A stretch of DNA of 64,000 nucleotides. Source: Leptospirales bacterium (GTDB taxonomy: Bacteria > Spirochaetota > Leptospiria > Turneriellales > JAOUFE01). The DNA lies in assembly GCA_040326155.1 (NCBI GenBank), contig JBEQLE010000009.1:2889-66888 (forward strand), given 5' to 3'. The position numbers and the translations under genes were made by a program. The notes under the pieces are model-generated. The model ran no database searches. It was not told the origin of the DNA and saw nothing but the letters and a program-made list of their open reading frames with translations. Of the stretch, positions 49,762-59,246 are shown in pieces (the first letter of the stretch is position 1; every line of letters starts with the position of its first letter).

Positions 49762-50636
49762 ACGGACTTCGTGAGTTCTTCACGGCTTTCTTGAATGTCA
49801 ACATATTTACGGGCAATTTTTTGCGCCAGGTGCCGAACTCTTGTAATATATTTTACTCTTTCAGATACGGAGATTACGCCTCTTGCATCCAGCAAATTAA
49901 ACGTGTGACTGCATTTTACCAGATAGTCATATGCAGGAAAAACAATATCTTTTTCGGTAAAATTTAGAATTCGTAACGACTCGTCTTCATATTCGTCGAA
50001 CCATTTGAATAACTTTTTAGTATCTGCTATTTCAAAATTATATGTTGAATACTCAAATTCTGTCTGCTTATGAACTTCCCCGTATTTTACGGAGTCGTTC
50101 CAGTTCAGGTCGTAAACGTTGTCTATATTTTGCAGGTACATGGCCAGTCTTTCCAGCCCATAAGTCAGCTCTACAGATACCGGTTTTAACTCAAGGGAAC
50201 CGCAGGTTTGAAAATAGGTGAATTGAGTTACTTCCATTCCATCGAGCCAGACTTCCCAGCCTAGACCGCTTGCGCCAAGCGTTGGCGATTCCCAATCGTC
50301 TTCCACAAAACGTATATCGTGTTTCGTTAAATCGAAACCAAGTGCTTTGAGTGACCCCAGGTAAAGCTCCTGAGAATTCGCGGGTGAGGGTTTCATTATA
50401 ACCTGGTATTGGTAATAGTGCTGCAGACGGTTAGGATTTTCCCCATAACGACCATCGGTGGGTCGCCGGGAGGGTTCGACATAAGCGACTTTGTAATTTT
50501 TGGGCCCAAGAACTCGTAAAAACGTGTGCGGATTAAAAGTTCCAGCGCCCACTTCAAGGTCTAAACCCTGCGCCAACATACACCCTTGTTCAGCCCAGTA
50601 ATTGTTTAATGTTCGGATGATGTCTTGAAAATACAT
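49758..50636 (-). CDS. glyQ: Glycine--tRNA ligase alpha subunit
   Basis: [19 protein letters not shown]..., [19 protein letters not shown]. Full-length 292 aa. Confidence 0.92.
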   Translation of the reverse strand: MYFQDIIRTLNNYWAEQGCMLAQGLDLEVGAGTFNPHTFLRVLGPKNYKVAYVEPSRRPTDGRYGENPNRLQHYYQYQVIMKPSPANSQELYLGSLKALGFDLTKHDIRFVEDDWESPTLGASGLGWEVWLDGMEVTQFTYFQTCGSLELKPVSVELTYGLERLAMYLQNIDNVYDLNWNDSVKYGEVHKQTEFEYSTYNFEIADTKKLFKWFDEYEDESLRILNFTEKDIVFPAYDYLVKCSHTFNLLDARGVISVSERVKYITRVRHLAQKIARKYVDIQESREELTKSV

Positions 50637-50642
50637 TGCAAA

Positions 50643-51491
50643 TTATATAATCTGGGTTTCGCCTTCAAATACATCTTTGCAGGGTCCAGTCATATAAACA
50701 TGGTTGTCTTTTTCAGACCAGTAAATTTCCAGAACGCCACCAAGCAGCTCAACTTTACTTTTTCGCTTGATTTTCCCACTCAAGACTCCGGCTACAACAG
50801 AAGCAGAAGCACCTGTACCGCAGGCAAGAGTTTCTCCGACGCCTCGTTCCCAGGTTCTTTGCTTAATAACGTCTTCATCGAGCATCTGAATAAATTCTAC
50901 ATTAATACGGTTTGGAAAAAGAGAGTATGTTTCGATCATCGGGCCGTATTTGGCTACATCAAAGTCATCGACACTGTCGACCCAGATTACACAATGTGGG
51001 TTTCCAAGTGAGACAGCAGTAAATTCAAAAGTTTCCATTCCTTCCAGATAAACCTTTTCGTTTAAAACCTGTTTCTCTTCTTCACCGGGAGCGCATTGCA
51101 TGGGAATTTGCGCCCTGCTTAATATGGGTTCGCCCATATCGGCTTTCACCCGGTACACTCTACCGTCGCGTACCATTAAAACTGTAGGGACAATTCCTTT
51201 TAGTGTTTCCACCATAAGGTCTTGTTTGCTTGTTTTGCCCCTGTCGTATAAATATTTACCAAGACATCGCAAGGCATTACCGCACATTTCCGCTTCCGAA
51301 CCATCCGGGTTGAAAATACGAATTAACACGTCAGCTTCAGGGTTTTCCGGCGGCATAATTAAAACCAGACCATCTGCGCCTATCCCGTAGTGTCGATCGC
51401 AAAGCAACCGAGCAGCCCGTGATGGGTTTTTCGGAATATCTTCCGTAAATAGATAGTCGTTGCCAAGGCCTTCAAGTTTTGCAAATCTCAT
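50643..51491 (-). CDS. dapF: Diaminopimelate epimerase
   Basis: FAKLEGLGNDYLF, catalytic MCGNALRC and ACGTGA motifs. Confidence 0.9.
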   Translation of the reverse strand: MRFAKLEGLGNDYLFTEDIPKNPSRAARLLCDRHYGIGADGLVLIMPPENPEADVLIRIFNPDGSEAEMCGNALRCLGKYLYDRGKTSKQDLMVETLKGIVPTVLMVRDGRVYRVKADMGEPILSRAQIPMQCAPGEEEKQVLNEKVYLEGMETFEFTAVSLGNPHCVIWVDSVDDFDVAKYGPMIETYSLFPNRINVEFIQMLDEDVIKQRTWERGVGETLACGTGASASVVAGVLSGKIKRKSKVELLGGVLEIYWSEKDNHVYMTGPCKDVFEGETQII

Positions 51492-51640
51492 TCATTGCTC
51501 CTTTGTACCCCTGTAATGTTATTTAGGGGGAATTTTAAAAAAAATAATTGTAATATCGTTAAGAGGCATAAATCTGTCCTCGTGGGAATTTCAGCTAATC
51601 GCTTATTAATTGAAAAATTGACTATGAAAGGATAAAATGT

Positions 51641-52537
51641 ATGAATGAGATAGACTTTCAAGAACTTTTTAAGTTGTATCATACCGGGGAAAAAGGTTCC
51701 CTCGAAAGGAAAAAAGCTCTTGAGACTTTGCACTGTTTTGTTTATGAATATCCCCATCGACGGTTTCGATCGGGACGAGAAATGGCTTCCGAGTTTTACA
51801 TGGAAGTGTATGAGCGCATAGAAACCTGGTTTCATGATTATGATATTAACTTTAATATCCCATTTTTAATATTTATAAATATTAAATTGAAAGGTGCCTT
51901 TTTCAATTATATACAAAAGGAAAAGGATTCACGTCTTGCCCTGAATTCAAACGAATTTTATGAAATAAATCCAGATGAGCGTTATGTTTCCTTATTTGGG
52001 GAACCATCTATGGATTTGAAAGAACGAGATGAAGAAAATAATCGTTTAATTCAATATGGTTTACGTCAACTGAGTATGGATGAGCAAATAGCCGTCCGTC
52101 TTCATTATGGGTTTCCGTTGAAATTGAGTCATTTTCGCGCGTTACAGCGAAAGCATAAATCTTTTAGTTCTGTGGACGCTTATCGAAAATATCTGTATTT
52201 ACTGGAAGGTCACTTCAGTAAAGAGAGCGCTGAAAAAGAAAAAATGTTTATGCAACTTGTAAAATGTGAAGTTCGCCATCGCCAGGGAAAAGGTATTATA
52301 GAATTTGCGGACATACAGCGACAGAAAAGCAGGAAAAGCCGTTTACTTGTTCGTTTTAATCGGGTTGGTAAAGGTTTAAAGTTAAAAGTAATTGCCGAAG
52401 TGATGAACGAAAATCCTACTTATGTACATCGGCGGTTAAAGTCCGCAAAAACTTACCTGACAAGTTTGATTGTTCAAGAGAGACGATTCGAATGGGTCGA
52501 TCCGGATGATGGTGAAGATATAAAAAGAGCAGGGTAA
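51641..52537 (+). CDS. Hypothetical protein with weak sigma-70 region 2/4-like features
   Basis: LRQLSMDEQIAVRLHYG and VIAEVMNENPTYVHRRLKSAK look like region-4 HTH segments. Otherwise unrecognised. Confidence 0.45.
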   Translation: MNEIDFQELFKLYHTGEKGSLERKKALETLHCFVYEYPHRRFRSGREMASEFYMEVYERIETWFHDYDINFNIPFLIFINIKLKGAFFNYIQKEKDSRLALNSNEFYEINPDERYVSLFGEPSMDLKERDEENNRLIQYGLRQLSMDEQIAVRLHYGFPLKLSHFRALQRKHKSFSSVDAYRKYLYLLEGHFSKESAEKEKMFMQLVKCEVRHRQGKGIIEFADIQRQKSRKSRLLVRFNRVGKGLKLKVIAEVMNENPTYVHRRLKSAKTYLTSLIVQERRFEWVDPDDGEDIKRAG

Positions 52538-52553
52538 GCCGGATTTTGTTTCT

Positions 52554-52580
52554 CTTACCACTTTTAAAAAAAGTGATAAG
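52554..52580. terminator. 12-bp hairpin between the sigma-like gene and the rnpB 3' end
   Basis: cttaccactttt aaa aaaagtgataag. All 12 positions pair, with one wobble pair (G-U on the minus-strand RNA). The A/T runs lie inside the stem. Confidence 0.4.
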
Positions 52581-52905
52581 GGATGACGACCATTTATCTT
52601 GTTCTGAATTTATACATTCAGGCTTGTTGCTTTCTACCCGCCCCGCGCCCGAAGGCGATGGAAACTTTCAGGGCTGCTTGAAATTGCACCGAAGGGGGTT
52701 TACCATGCCGTCTCTCTCTCGACAGACGCGGTGAGCTCTTACCTCACCTTTTCACCCTTACCTTTTACAAGGCGGTATACTTTCTGCGGCACTTTCCATA
52801 AATATCCGGATTTCTCCGGCCTTCTGCTTCCTGGTGTCCGACTTTCCTCACTCCCCACCGGACTGGCGGGGCCGCGCGGCCGTCTTCTGCTCTGGAAAAT
52901 CATAA
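52575..52905 (-). ncRNA. rnpB: RNase P RNA (bacterial type A-like); ends approximate to about 20 nt
   Basis: The reverse complement contains GAGGAAAGUC (52849-52840), GGUAAGGGUGAAAAGGUGAGGUAAGAGCUCACC (52762-52730), GGUAAACCCCCUUCGGUGCAA, GGGUAG and UUCAGAAC.AAGAUAAAUGGUCGUC, in the same order as E. coli M1 RNA. The local GC content is far above background. Confidence 0.85.
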
Positions 52906-53021
52906 CACATAAATTAAATCTGTCAACCCGAAAACTTATTGTCATTGAGTAGAATAATATATAATTGTATCATCTTATTTGTAGAATTACTTTAGCCACA
53001 AAAGTATTTAGAATATATTTA

Positions 53022-54026
53022 ATGCCGACACATCGAACGTATACCAGAGAATTGAAAGACAATGCAATGAGAGGTTTTTCTTATATAGGCCTTGTGGTTA
53101 TTCCTTTTGTTTCTTATTTATCATTTTCTATGAAGGATACGCTTTTTGGCATCTTTCAACTTGTCTTTTGGGGCATTTTGGTGGTGAACCTTGCTTTTAT
53201 CAGCAGGGCCAGGTCGGCCAAATTGCCAGCCTTGGTTATTTTGCTGCCCCTATTTGCTTTACTGCAGTATATCGTTATAAACGGTACGTATTATTTTATG
53301 TACTGGATTTTTATTTTGCCTCCCATTTCCTTTTTCCTGTTGAATTTAAACACGGGGTTATTTCTAAATATTCTATTTATTTTTCTTTTTGGCGGCTTGC
53401 TTGGATATAAAACAAATTATTTTTCAGACCAACCTCAGGACGCGATAACAATAATTACAACTTATTTAACAATTAGTTCTGTAGCGTATTTTATGGAACG
53501 GTATAGAAGAAAAATTGTGGAAAGGTTGCGTGTAAGTTCTCATACTGATTTTTTAACTGGCATTGGAAATCGTCGGCATTTTCAGTTGAACTTGAAAAGG
53601 CAAATTAGTGTTGCTCAAAGTCAGAAACGACCATTTTCATTAATGATTCTAGATGCTGACCATTTTAAGGAAGTAAATGATACATACGGACACCCAGCAG
53701 GGGATAAGATTTTAATTGACCTTGTCACTCTTATAAAAACTATACTCAGGAGCGAAGACGGTTTCTTTCGTGTTGGTGGTGAAGAGTTTGCGGTAATTTT
53801 TCCGGAGACTTCGATTGACGAAGCTCAGGTTATTGCTGAAAAGGTACGCAGCGAAGTTGCCGGCCATATTTTTGAACACAATATTACAATTACAATCAGC
53901 ATAGGACTTGCAGAGTATGTTGATGGAGCGCAGCAGGAAGATTTATTTCAGGCAGCTGACCGGGCTTTATACCAGGCAAAGAAATCGGGTCGTAATCGTG
54001 TTGAATTATTTGTCTCTAAAAAATGA
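53022..54026 (+). CDS. Membrane-anchored diguanylate cyclase (GGDEF)
   Basis: About 5-6 TM helices, then RRHF, DADHFKEVNDTYGHPAGD, RVGGEEF and KKSGRNRV. The start is ambiguous (52965 or 53022). Confidence 0.8.
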   Translation: MPTHRTYTRELKDNAMRGFSYIGLVVIPFVSYLSFSMKDTLFGIFQLVFWGILVVNLAFISRARSAKLPALVILLPLFALLQYIVINGTYYFMYWIFILPPISFFLLNLNTGLFLNILFIFLFGGLLGYKTNYFSDQPQDAITIITTYLTISSVAYFMERYRRKIVERLRVSSHTDFLTGIGNRRHFQLNLKRQISVAQSQKRPFSLMILDADHFKEVNDTYGHPAGDKILIDLVTLIKTILRSEDGFFRVGGEEFAVIFPETSIDEAQVIAEKVRSEVAGHIFEHNITITISIGLAEYVDGAQQEDLFQAADRALYQAKKSGRNRVELFVSKK

Positions 54027-54057
54027 ATATATTTTAATACAACAATAGGGGTTTATT

Positions 54058-54414
54058 ATGAAGAAGTATTTTACAATAATCGGGCTTGCTTTACTCTTTT
54101 TAAGTGGTACGATGTTTTGTGGTAAAAAGATTAAACCAGTGGCAGTAAATGCACAAGAGGTTTTTAAGATTAATTGTCAAACATGCCATGGAGAATGGGG
54201 AGAGGGCGATGGCCCCTTGAGTAACTCGACGGATGGAAAACCGCGAGATTATATTAAAGAAGGTTTTAAATACGGAAGAGACCGAGCAAGTGTTATCAAG
54301 AGTATTGAAAACGGTTTTCCTGATAGCGGAATGCCTGGATACGGTGATAAATTATCGACAGCTGAAATTGATGCTGTGGCCGCATATACAATAAGGTTGT
54401 TTATACGCCAGTAA
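54058..54414 (+). CDS. Class I c-type cytochrome, lipoprotein-like signal
   Basis: CQTCHG heme-binding site, distal Met region (DSGMPGY), and an LSGTMFCG signal. Confidence 0.7.
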   Translation: MKKYFTIIGLALLFLSGTMFCGKKIKPVAVNAQEVFKINCQTCHGEWGEGDGPLSNSTDGKPRDYIKEGFKYGRDRASVIKSIENGFPDSGMPGYGDKLSTAEIDAVAAYTIRLFIRQ

Positions 54415-54427
54415 ACTTGAAAACAGT

Positions 54428-54970
54428 TCAGGCTAGAAAATCTCCGAGATTTTTTTCCATTTTTAAAAGTTTCGGAGAAATTACGGACGAGCAATATGGT
54501 TGGTCAGGGTTAGTATTGTAATAATTCTGGTGATTCTTTTCTGCTTTATAAAAAATGGTAAGTGGATTTAGTTCTGTAACTATGGGCCGGGCAAAATTCA
54601 GCGCATGTTCTGCAATTGATTTTTCAGCCGCAGACTTTTGATCTTCCTTGTGGTATAAAATAACCGAACGATATTGGGTTCCTAAATCGCCCCCCTGCCC
54701 GTCTTTTTGTGTAGGGTCATGTATTTTCCAGAAAATTGCTAGCAGGTCTTCATACGAAAGAATGTTTTCATCGTAATCAATTTGTATTACTTCAGCGTGT
54801 CCGGTTATTCCTGAGCAAACTTCCTGATATTCAGGGTTTTTTGTATGGCCTCCTGCATAACCGGAGACCACCTTTTTTACACCGCGCACCTTCTGGTAGG
54901 CAGCTTCCAGACACCAGAAACAACCTCCGCCCAGAGTCGCTTTTTTTAATACGAGTGGTTTTTCGTTCAT
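54428..54970 (-). CDS. msrA: Peptide-methionine (S)-S-oxide reductase
   Basis: GGGCFWC active site and GHAEVIQIDYD. Confidence 0.92.
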   Translation of the reverse strand: MNEKPLVLKKATLGGGCFWCLEAAYQKVRGVKKVVSGYAGGHTKNPEYQEVCSGITGHAEVIQIDYDENILSYEDLLAIFWKIHDPTQKDGQGGDLGTQYRSVILYHKEDQKSAAEKSIAEHALNFARPIVTELNPLTIFYKAEKNHQNYYNTNPDQPYCSSVISPKLLKMEKNLGDFLA

Positions 54971-55131
54971 GGTATTGTTAGAGTATAATATATTTTTGAA
55001 ATAGTGACTACAATTCCTGAAACGATAATTAAACGCAGTTTTTTGTGTCGCCTTGTTAATAAATTGATACTTTATTCACAGATAATGAATTTACACTGAT
55101 ATGAATAATAATAAATTGGTAGATAATAGAC

Positions 55132-55491
55132 ATGGGTACAAATAAAAAAATTCTAGTTGTTGATGATAGCATGATTGCCAGGATGTTTATTGTACGCCAT
55201 ATTGATGAGCTATATAAGAATTGGACAATTCTGGAAGCGGCTGGCGCAGAAGCAGCGCTTAAGATACTGGAAGAGTCTTCTGTTGACGTTATTTCGATTG
55301 ACTACAATATGCCAGGTTTAAATGGGTTAGAACTTGCTAAGAAAATTCAAGAATTATATTCATCGGTTAAAATTGCCCTTCTAACGGCCAATATTCAAGA
55401 TACTATACGAAAAGAAGCGGAAGATATTGGGTTGGTTTTCCTGGAAAAACCAATAACAGCTGAAATTGTAAAAAAACTGGTTGAGTTATGA
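55132..55491 (+). CDS. CheY-like single-domain response regulator
   Basis: ILVVDDS, phospho-acceptor SIDYNMPGLNG, LLTAN and a conserved K in LEKP. Confidence 0.85.
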   Translation: MGTNKKILVVDDSMIARMFIVRHIDELYKNWTILEAAGAEAALKILEESSVDVISIDYNMPGLNGLELAKKIQELYSSVKIALLTANIQDTIRKEAEDIGLVFLEKPITAEIVKKLVEL

Positions 55492-56090
55492 TTAATATCA
55501 CAGATTTACAGCGAGATGCAATTACAGAATCTATTAATATTAGTATGGGTAAAGCCGCCTCTACATTTAACTCGATGATTCAAGAACACATCGCTTTATC
55601 GGTACCAAAGATAAACTTTGTTTCAAGTGAAGAGGCTCTTGATATATTACAATTACCGGAAGAGAAAGAAGTTTGTTATATAAAGCAACATTTTTCGGGT
55701 ACGTATTTTACATCTGAAGCAATGCTGGTTTTTGCCCAGGATGAAAGTTTGGAGCTAGTGAAACTTTTTCTCGGCGAAGAGACGTCGGTTGCCGATATGA
55801 CGACTCTGGAACATGAAGCCATGTCGGAAATTGGTAATGTTCTTTTAAATGCCTGTATTGGCAGTTTATCAAATATTTTAAAAGATCGTATTTCGGGTAC
55901 TTTACCAATATTTAGAAAATGTAAAGCCCAGACACTATTTTTAAACGAAAGGAAAGAAGAAGTAATTTTGTTAATTTTTGTCGACTTTGGCATTGAGTCA
56001 AAAGCAATTAAAGGTTATATTGTTTTAATACTTGAACTCGATTCTTTTATTAAATTCAAAGAACAGTTATTAAAAAATTTAATGGGATAA
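55488..56090 (+). CDS. CheC-like CheY-P phosphatase with two intact active-site motifs
   Basis: D10-x3-E14-x2-N17-x22-P40 and E110-x3-E114-x2-N117-x22-P140, counted directly in the translation. 4-nt overlap with the receiver gene. Confidence 0.75.
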   Translation: MINITDLQRDAITESINISMGKAASTFNSMIQEHIALSVPKINFVSSEEALDILQLPEEKEVCYIKQHFSGTYFTSEAMLVFAQDESLELVKLFLGEETSVADMTTLEHEAMSEIGNVLLNACIGSLSNILKDRISGTLPIFRKCKAQTLFLNERKEEVILLIFVDFGIESKAIKGYIVLILELDSFIKFKEQLLKNLMG

Positions 56091-56091
56091 A

Positions 56092-57474
56092 ATGCTTCCA
56101 GTTTTAACATTTCAAGATGTATTGGGTAATATACCGAATGGTATAATTATCATTGATGAGAACAGTAAGGTTTTGTTATGGAATTCCTGGATGGAATCTT
56201 ATTCGGGGATATCTACGGAAAAAGCTCTCGGAACTGGTCTATTTACCCTTTTTCCGGAATTAAAAGAAGGACGTATCGGTATCGCCGTAAATACAGCGAT
56301 TGAGAATTCACAAAGTTCGTTTCTTTCTCACACAATTCACAAAGGGATATTCCCACTGTTTATAAAGCACCCCGGTGAAACAGAAAAAATCAGGGTTTGC
56401 CAGGATGTTCATATCACATCAGCCCGGCAAGATAACGATACGTATTATGCGGTAATTATAATTGAAGATGTTTCTGTAGCGGTTATTAAAGAAAGAATGT
56501 TGAAAGAGCGGGCTCGAGAAGAGCATGAATTGAACGAGAAACTTATACAGGAAGTGAAGGAACGAAAACAGGTTGAAAAAGAACTTCGTTTAAGCGGCGC
56601 TGTCATGAAAGCGACGATGGACGGGGTAGTTATTACTGACAATAAGTCGAATATAATTTCGGTCAACCCTGCCTTTGGCCACATTACAGGATTTTCAACA
56701 GAAAATTTAATTAATAAAAAAATAAGTATTTTAAAGTCAGGCAAGCATACTAAGGAATTCTATAAAAATTTATGGCGCACACTAACGACTGAGGGACAAT
56801 GGAAAGGTGAATTTATAAACAAAAAACCTGATGGAAAGTTGTTCACTGTAGAAGCTTCCATTACTTCGATAAAAGACAATACCGGCGCTACTCAAAACTA
56901 TGTAAATGTATTTCGTGATATAACTAAAAGAAAAAAAGATGAAGAACTTCTGAGAAAATTATCCAGTACCGATCCACTTACAGAACTGGCCAACCGCAGG
57001 GCATTTGACGAAGCATTTGAACGCGAGTGGCGACGAGGGTTACGTCATTCTCACCTTGTGGGAATTGCGTTGATTGATGTTGATTTTTTTAAACGTTATA
57101 ATGACTTTTACGGACATCCTGCTGGCGATAAATGTTTGCAACAGATTGCCGACATCTTGAAAAATATTATCAAGCGTGCCGATGACATTGTGTCCAGATA
57201 CGGGGGAGAAGAGTTTGTGGTTATATTTACTCAAAATGACCCTGATGGTATTTTCAAATTGATTGAGTCTGTTCACAAAGATATTCACGAACTGAAAATA
57301 CCTCATAATAATTCGAATACAAGTAAATATGTAACCATTAGTTCGGGTATATCATGGGTAATACCCGATTCCAAACACTCTGCGGAACAACTGTTAGAGG
57401 CCGCAGACAAGGCGTTATACGAAGCCAAAGAGAAAGGTCGAGACAGAATTGTAGTCAAACCATTCTCTGAGTAG
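56092..57474 (+). CDS. PAS-PAS diguanylate cyclase (GGDEF)
   Basis: Two PAS-like modules separated by a coiled linker, then RRAF, DVDFFKRYNDFYGHPAGD, RYGGEEF and KEKGRDR. Confidence 0.85.
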   Translation: MLPVLTFQDVLGNIPNGIIIIDENSKVLLWNSWMESYSGISTEKALGTGLFTLFPELKEGRIGIAVNTAIENSQSSFLSHTIHKGIFPLFIKHPGETEKIRVCQDVHITSARQDNDTYYAVIIIEDVSVAVIKERMLKERAREEHELNEKLIQEVKERKQVEKELRLSGAVMKATMDGVVITDNKSNIISVNPAFGHITGFSTENLINKKISILKSGKHTKEFYKNLWRTLTTEGQWKGEFINKKPDGKLFTVEASITSIKDNTGATQNYVNVFRDITKRKKDEELLRKLSSTDPLTELANRRAFDEAFEREWRRGLRHSHLVGIALIDVDFFKRYNDFYGHPAGDKCLQQIADILKNIIKRADDIVSRYGGEEFVVIFTQNDPDGIFKLIESVHKDIHELKIPHNNSNTSKYVTISSGISWVIPDSKHSAEQLLEAADKALYEAKEKGRDRIVVKPFSE

Positions 57475-57547
57475 AGTCAGTATTTAAATACTTTCTTTTT
57501 CTATATTCCTGTTCCAGGAACATTCGGCGTCGGGGTTTTAATTACTC

Positions 57548-58633
57548 CTATTGCTGCGCTTGTATGAAAAATTCCATTGTAATCGGGTTGCCGGCATTCC
57601 CGAAGCTCTCCACTTCAAATACCAGATATTGACCATTTGCACTAATGGACATACTTTTACTTCGATTTCCATCGGTTTTTACGGACTGAATCTCTTTAGC
57701 CGACTCGATGTCCCAGAATCGAAACCGGGTTCCTTTTTCAAAAGCGCTCGACACGACTTGTTTACCGTTTGGTGTAAATTTTACTGAATTTACAAAAGAG
57801 GAATGACCTTTTAATTCCGTAATGACTTTTTTTGTATCCAGATTCCATACCAATATTTCGTTACCCGATTTTTCATTGCCTCCGCCGGAAACCATGAATT
57901 TCGCATCTTGTGTAAAGTCGATAGCGTATGTGTCGGTCTTGGTAGGAAAGAAATCGGTTTTGGAAGTTTCAGTATTGTAGAATAGAATTCCCCTCTTTTT
58001 GTTTACCATTGCGATTGCCAGTACTTTCGATTTCGGTAAAAATTTAATCTGAGTGGCGGTCCATTCTTCATATGATTTAGTGGACCAAATTGTTTTTATA
58101 CTTCCTTTATCAATGTCGATGAGCTGAGCGGCCCCTTTAACTCTTTCATAGCTACCCGCTACAGCGATGAATTTTCCATCGGATGAAAAATCGATGGTAT
58201 CAGGTGTGCATAAAATGTTATAGTTTGCAACAAGTTTATTTTGTTCTACTTCCCAGACCGTAACCATTGACTTTTTGGTTTTAGTGTCATACATTCCAGC
58301 CGCAATATATTTACCTGTTGGCGAAAACGTCATAGAATATATAATACGTTCTGGAGTACTGTGGGCTTTAATGACACCCATTTGTTTCCAGGTATCAATA
58401 TTTTGAAAGACAATCGTGTTCGGCCACTTAGCCATAGCCACTGCCTTCACTCTTGGATGAAATAGGTTTGCGCGACTTACAATCTCGTCGTATCTTTTAA
58501 CTTGAAGCGGTTTCGTTTCGTAAACCACAGAAGCAGCAAAAAGGCCGACGCTCACCCCAGATAAAACCAGAGTAGAAATAAAGAATTTATTTAACTGGAA
58601 AATTTTTATGGAAAAAAGTTCCGTTTTGAACAT
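57548..58633 (-). CDS. Secreted WD40/beta-propeller repeat protein
   Basis: Signal/anchor, then repeated blades (FSPTGKYIAAG, FSSDGKFIAVAG, FTQDAKFMVSGG, FTPNGKQVVSS, ISANGQYLV). Confidence 0.6.
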   Translation of the reverse strand: MFKTELFSIKIFQLNKFFISTLVLSGVSVGLFAASVVYETKPLQVKRYDEIVSRANLFHPRVKAVAMAKWPNTIVFQNIDTWKQMGVIKAHSTPERIIYSMTFSPTGKYIAAGMYDTKTKKSMVTVWEVEQNKLVANYNILCTPDTIDFSSDGKFIAVAGSYERVKGAAQLIDIDKGSIKTIWSTKSYEEWTATQIKFLPKSKVLAIAMVNKKRGILFYNTETSKTDFFPTKTDTYAIDFTQDAKFMVSGGGNEKSGNEILVWNLDTKKVITELKGHSSFVNSVKFTPNGKQVVSSAFEKGTRFRFWDIESAKEIQSVKTDGNRSKSMSISANGQYLVFEVESFGNAGNPITMEFFIQAQQ

Positions 58634-58681
58634 TAGATTACTCCTGAAGCAAATTTATTGTATATAATGTTAACTTAGATT

Positions 58682-59125
58682 TTACCGTACAGCTGGCAAG
58701 TATGATTTTAGTAACGTTGGAAGGGAGCGTGGCAGAGCTGGAAACAGGTTCATCAACATGGATCTATTATCGATGTTGATATAATCGCCGCTGCTTTCCC
58801 GAAAACCAAGGTTTCGAGCATGGCTTGCTCCCCGGTTTTGTACGAACGTGCCATGGAGTCGGCCCGGCATGATGTCTAGTGTGAAGACGATGGGCAACTC
58901 CTTCCGACCAAAGAACTGAACGAACTCGACAGAGACGTTTTCCTTTAAGAGGTAATGGGCATGGGCAGGTTTTCCGTCATGCAACAGAATAAAGTGAAGT
59001 TCGAATTGCGCAGGGTCAAGCTCCCTTGCGATCCATTCGAATGATAACCGACATTTTCGCTTTTTGTTTGGAACAGCTTTAGGGGGTTTCCCCCCACGTA
59101 TTTTACTGGATGTATTTCGCCGCAC
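58682..59125 (-). pseudogene. Decayed glycosyltransferase remnant(s), about 50% GC
   Basis: The 147-aa frame joins a GT4-N-terminal-like piece (WIARELDPAQFELHFILLHDG...VSVEFV) to a GT2-like piece (NRGASHARNLGFRESSGDYINIDNRS, with the DxD lost). It is far too short for either family. I counted 80/160 G+C in 58741-58900, against very AT-rich neighbours. Confidence 0.45.
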
Positions 59126-59246
59126 TCTCTGCTTTTTTGCAGAGTATGGTTGAGTTTAACACTTACGCACCCCAGAGTCATTTTGTATTGACAACACAAA
59201 CAAAGGAATTAGGATGCTTGTTGTTGCATATTATTTTGTTTGATCT

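Noticed and set aside
52546-52952. Three track ORFs (62, 73 and 68 aa) in a GC-rich patch.
   Set aside because: They overlap the RNase P RNA on both strands and are open only because the region is GC-rich. Their peptide sequences are Pro/Arg/Gly-rich nonsense.
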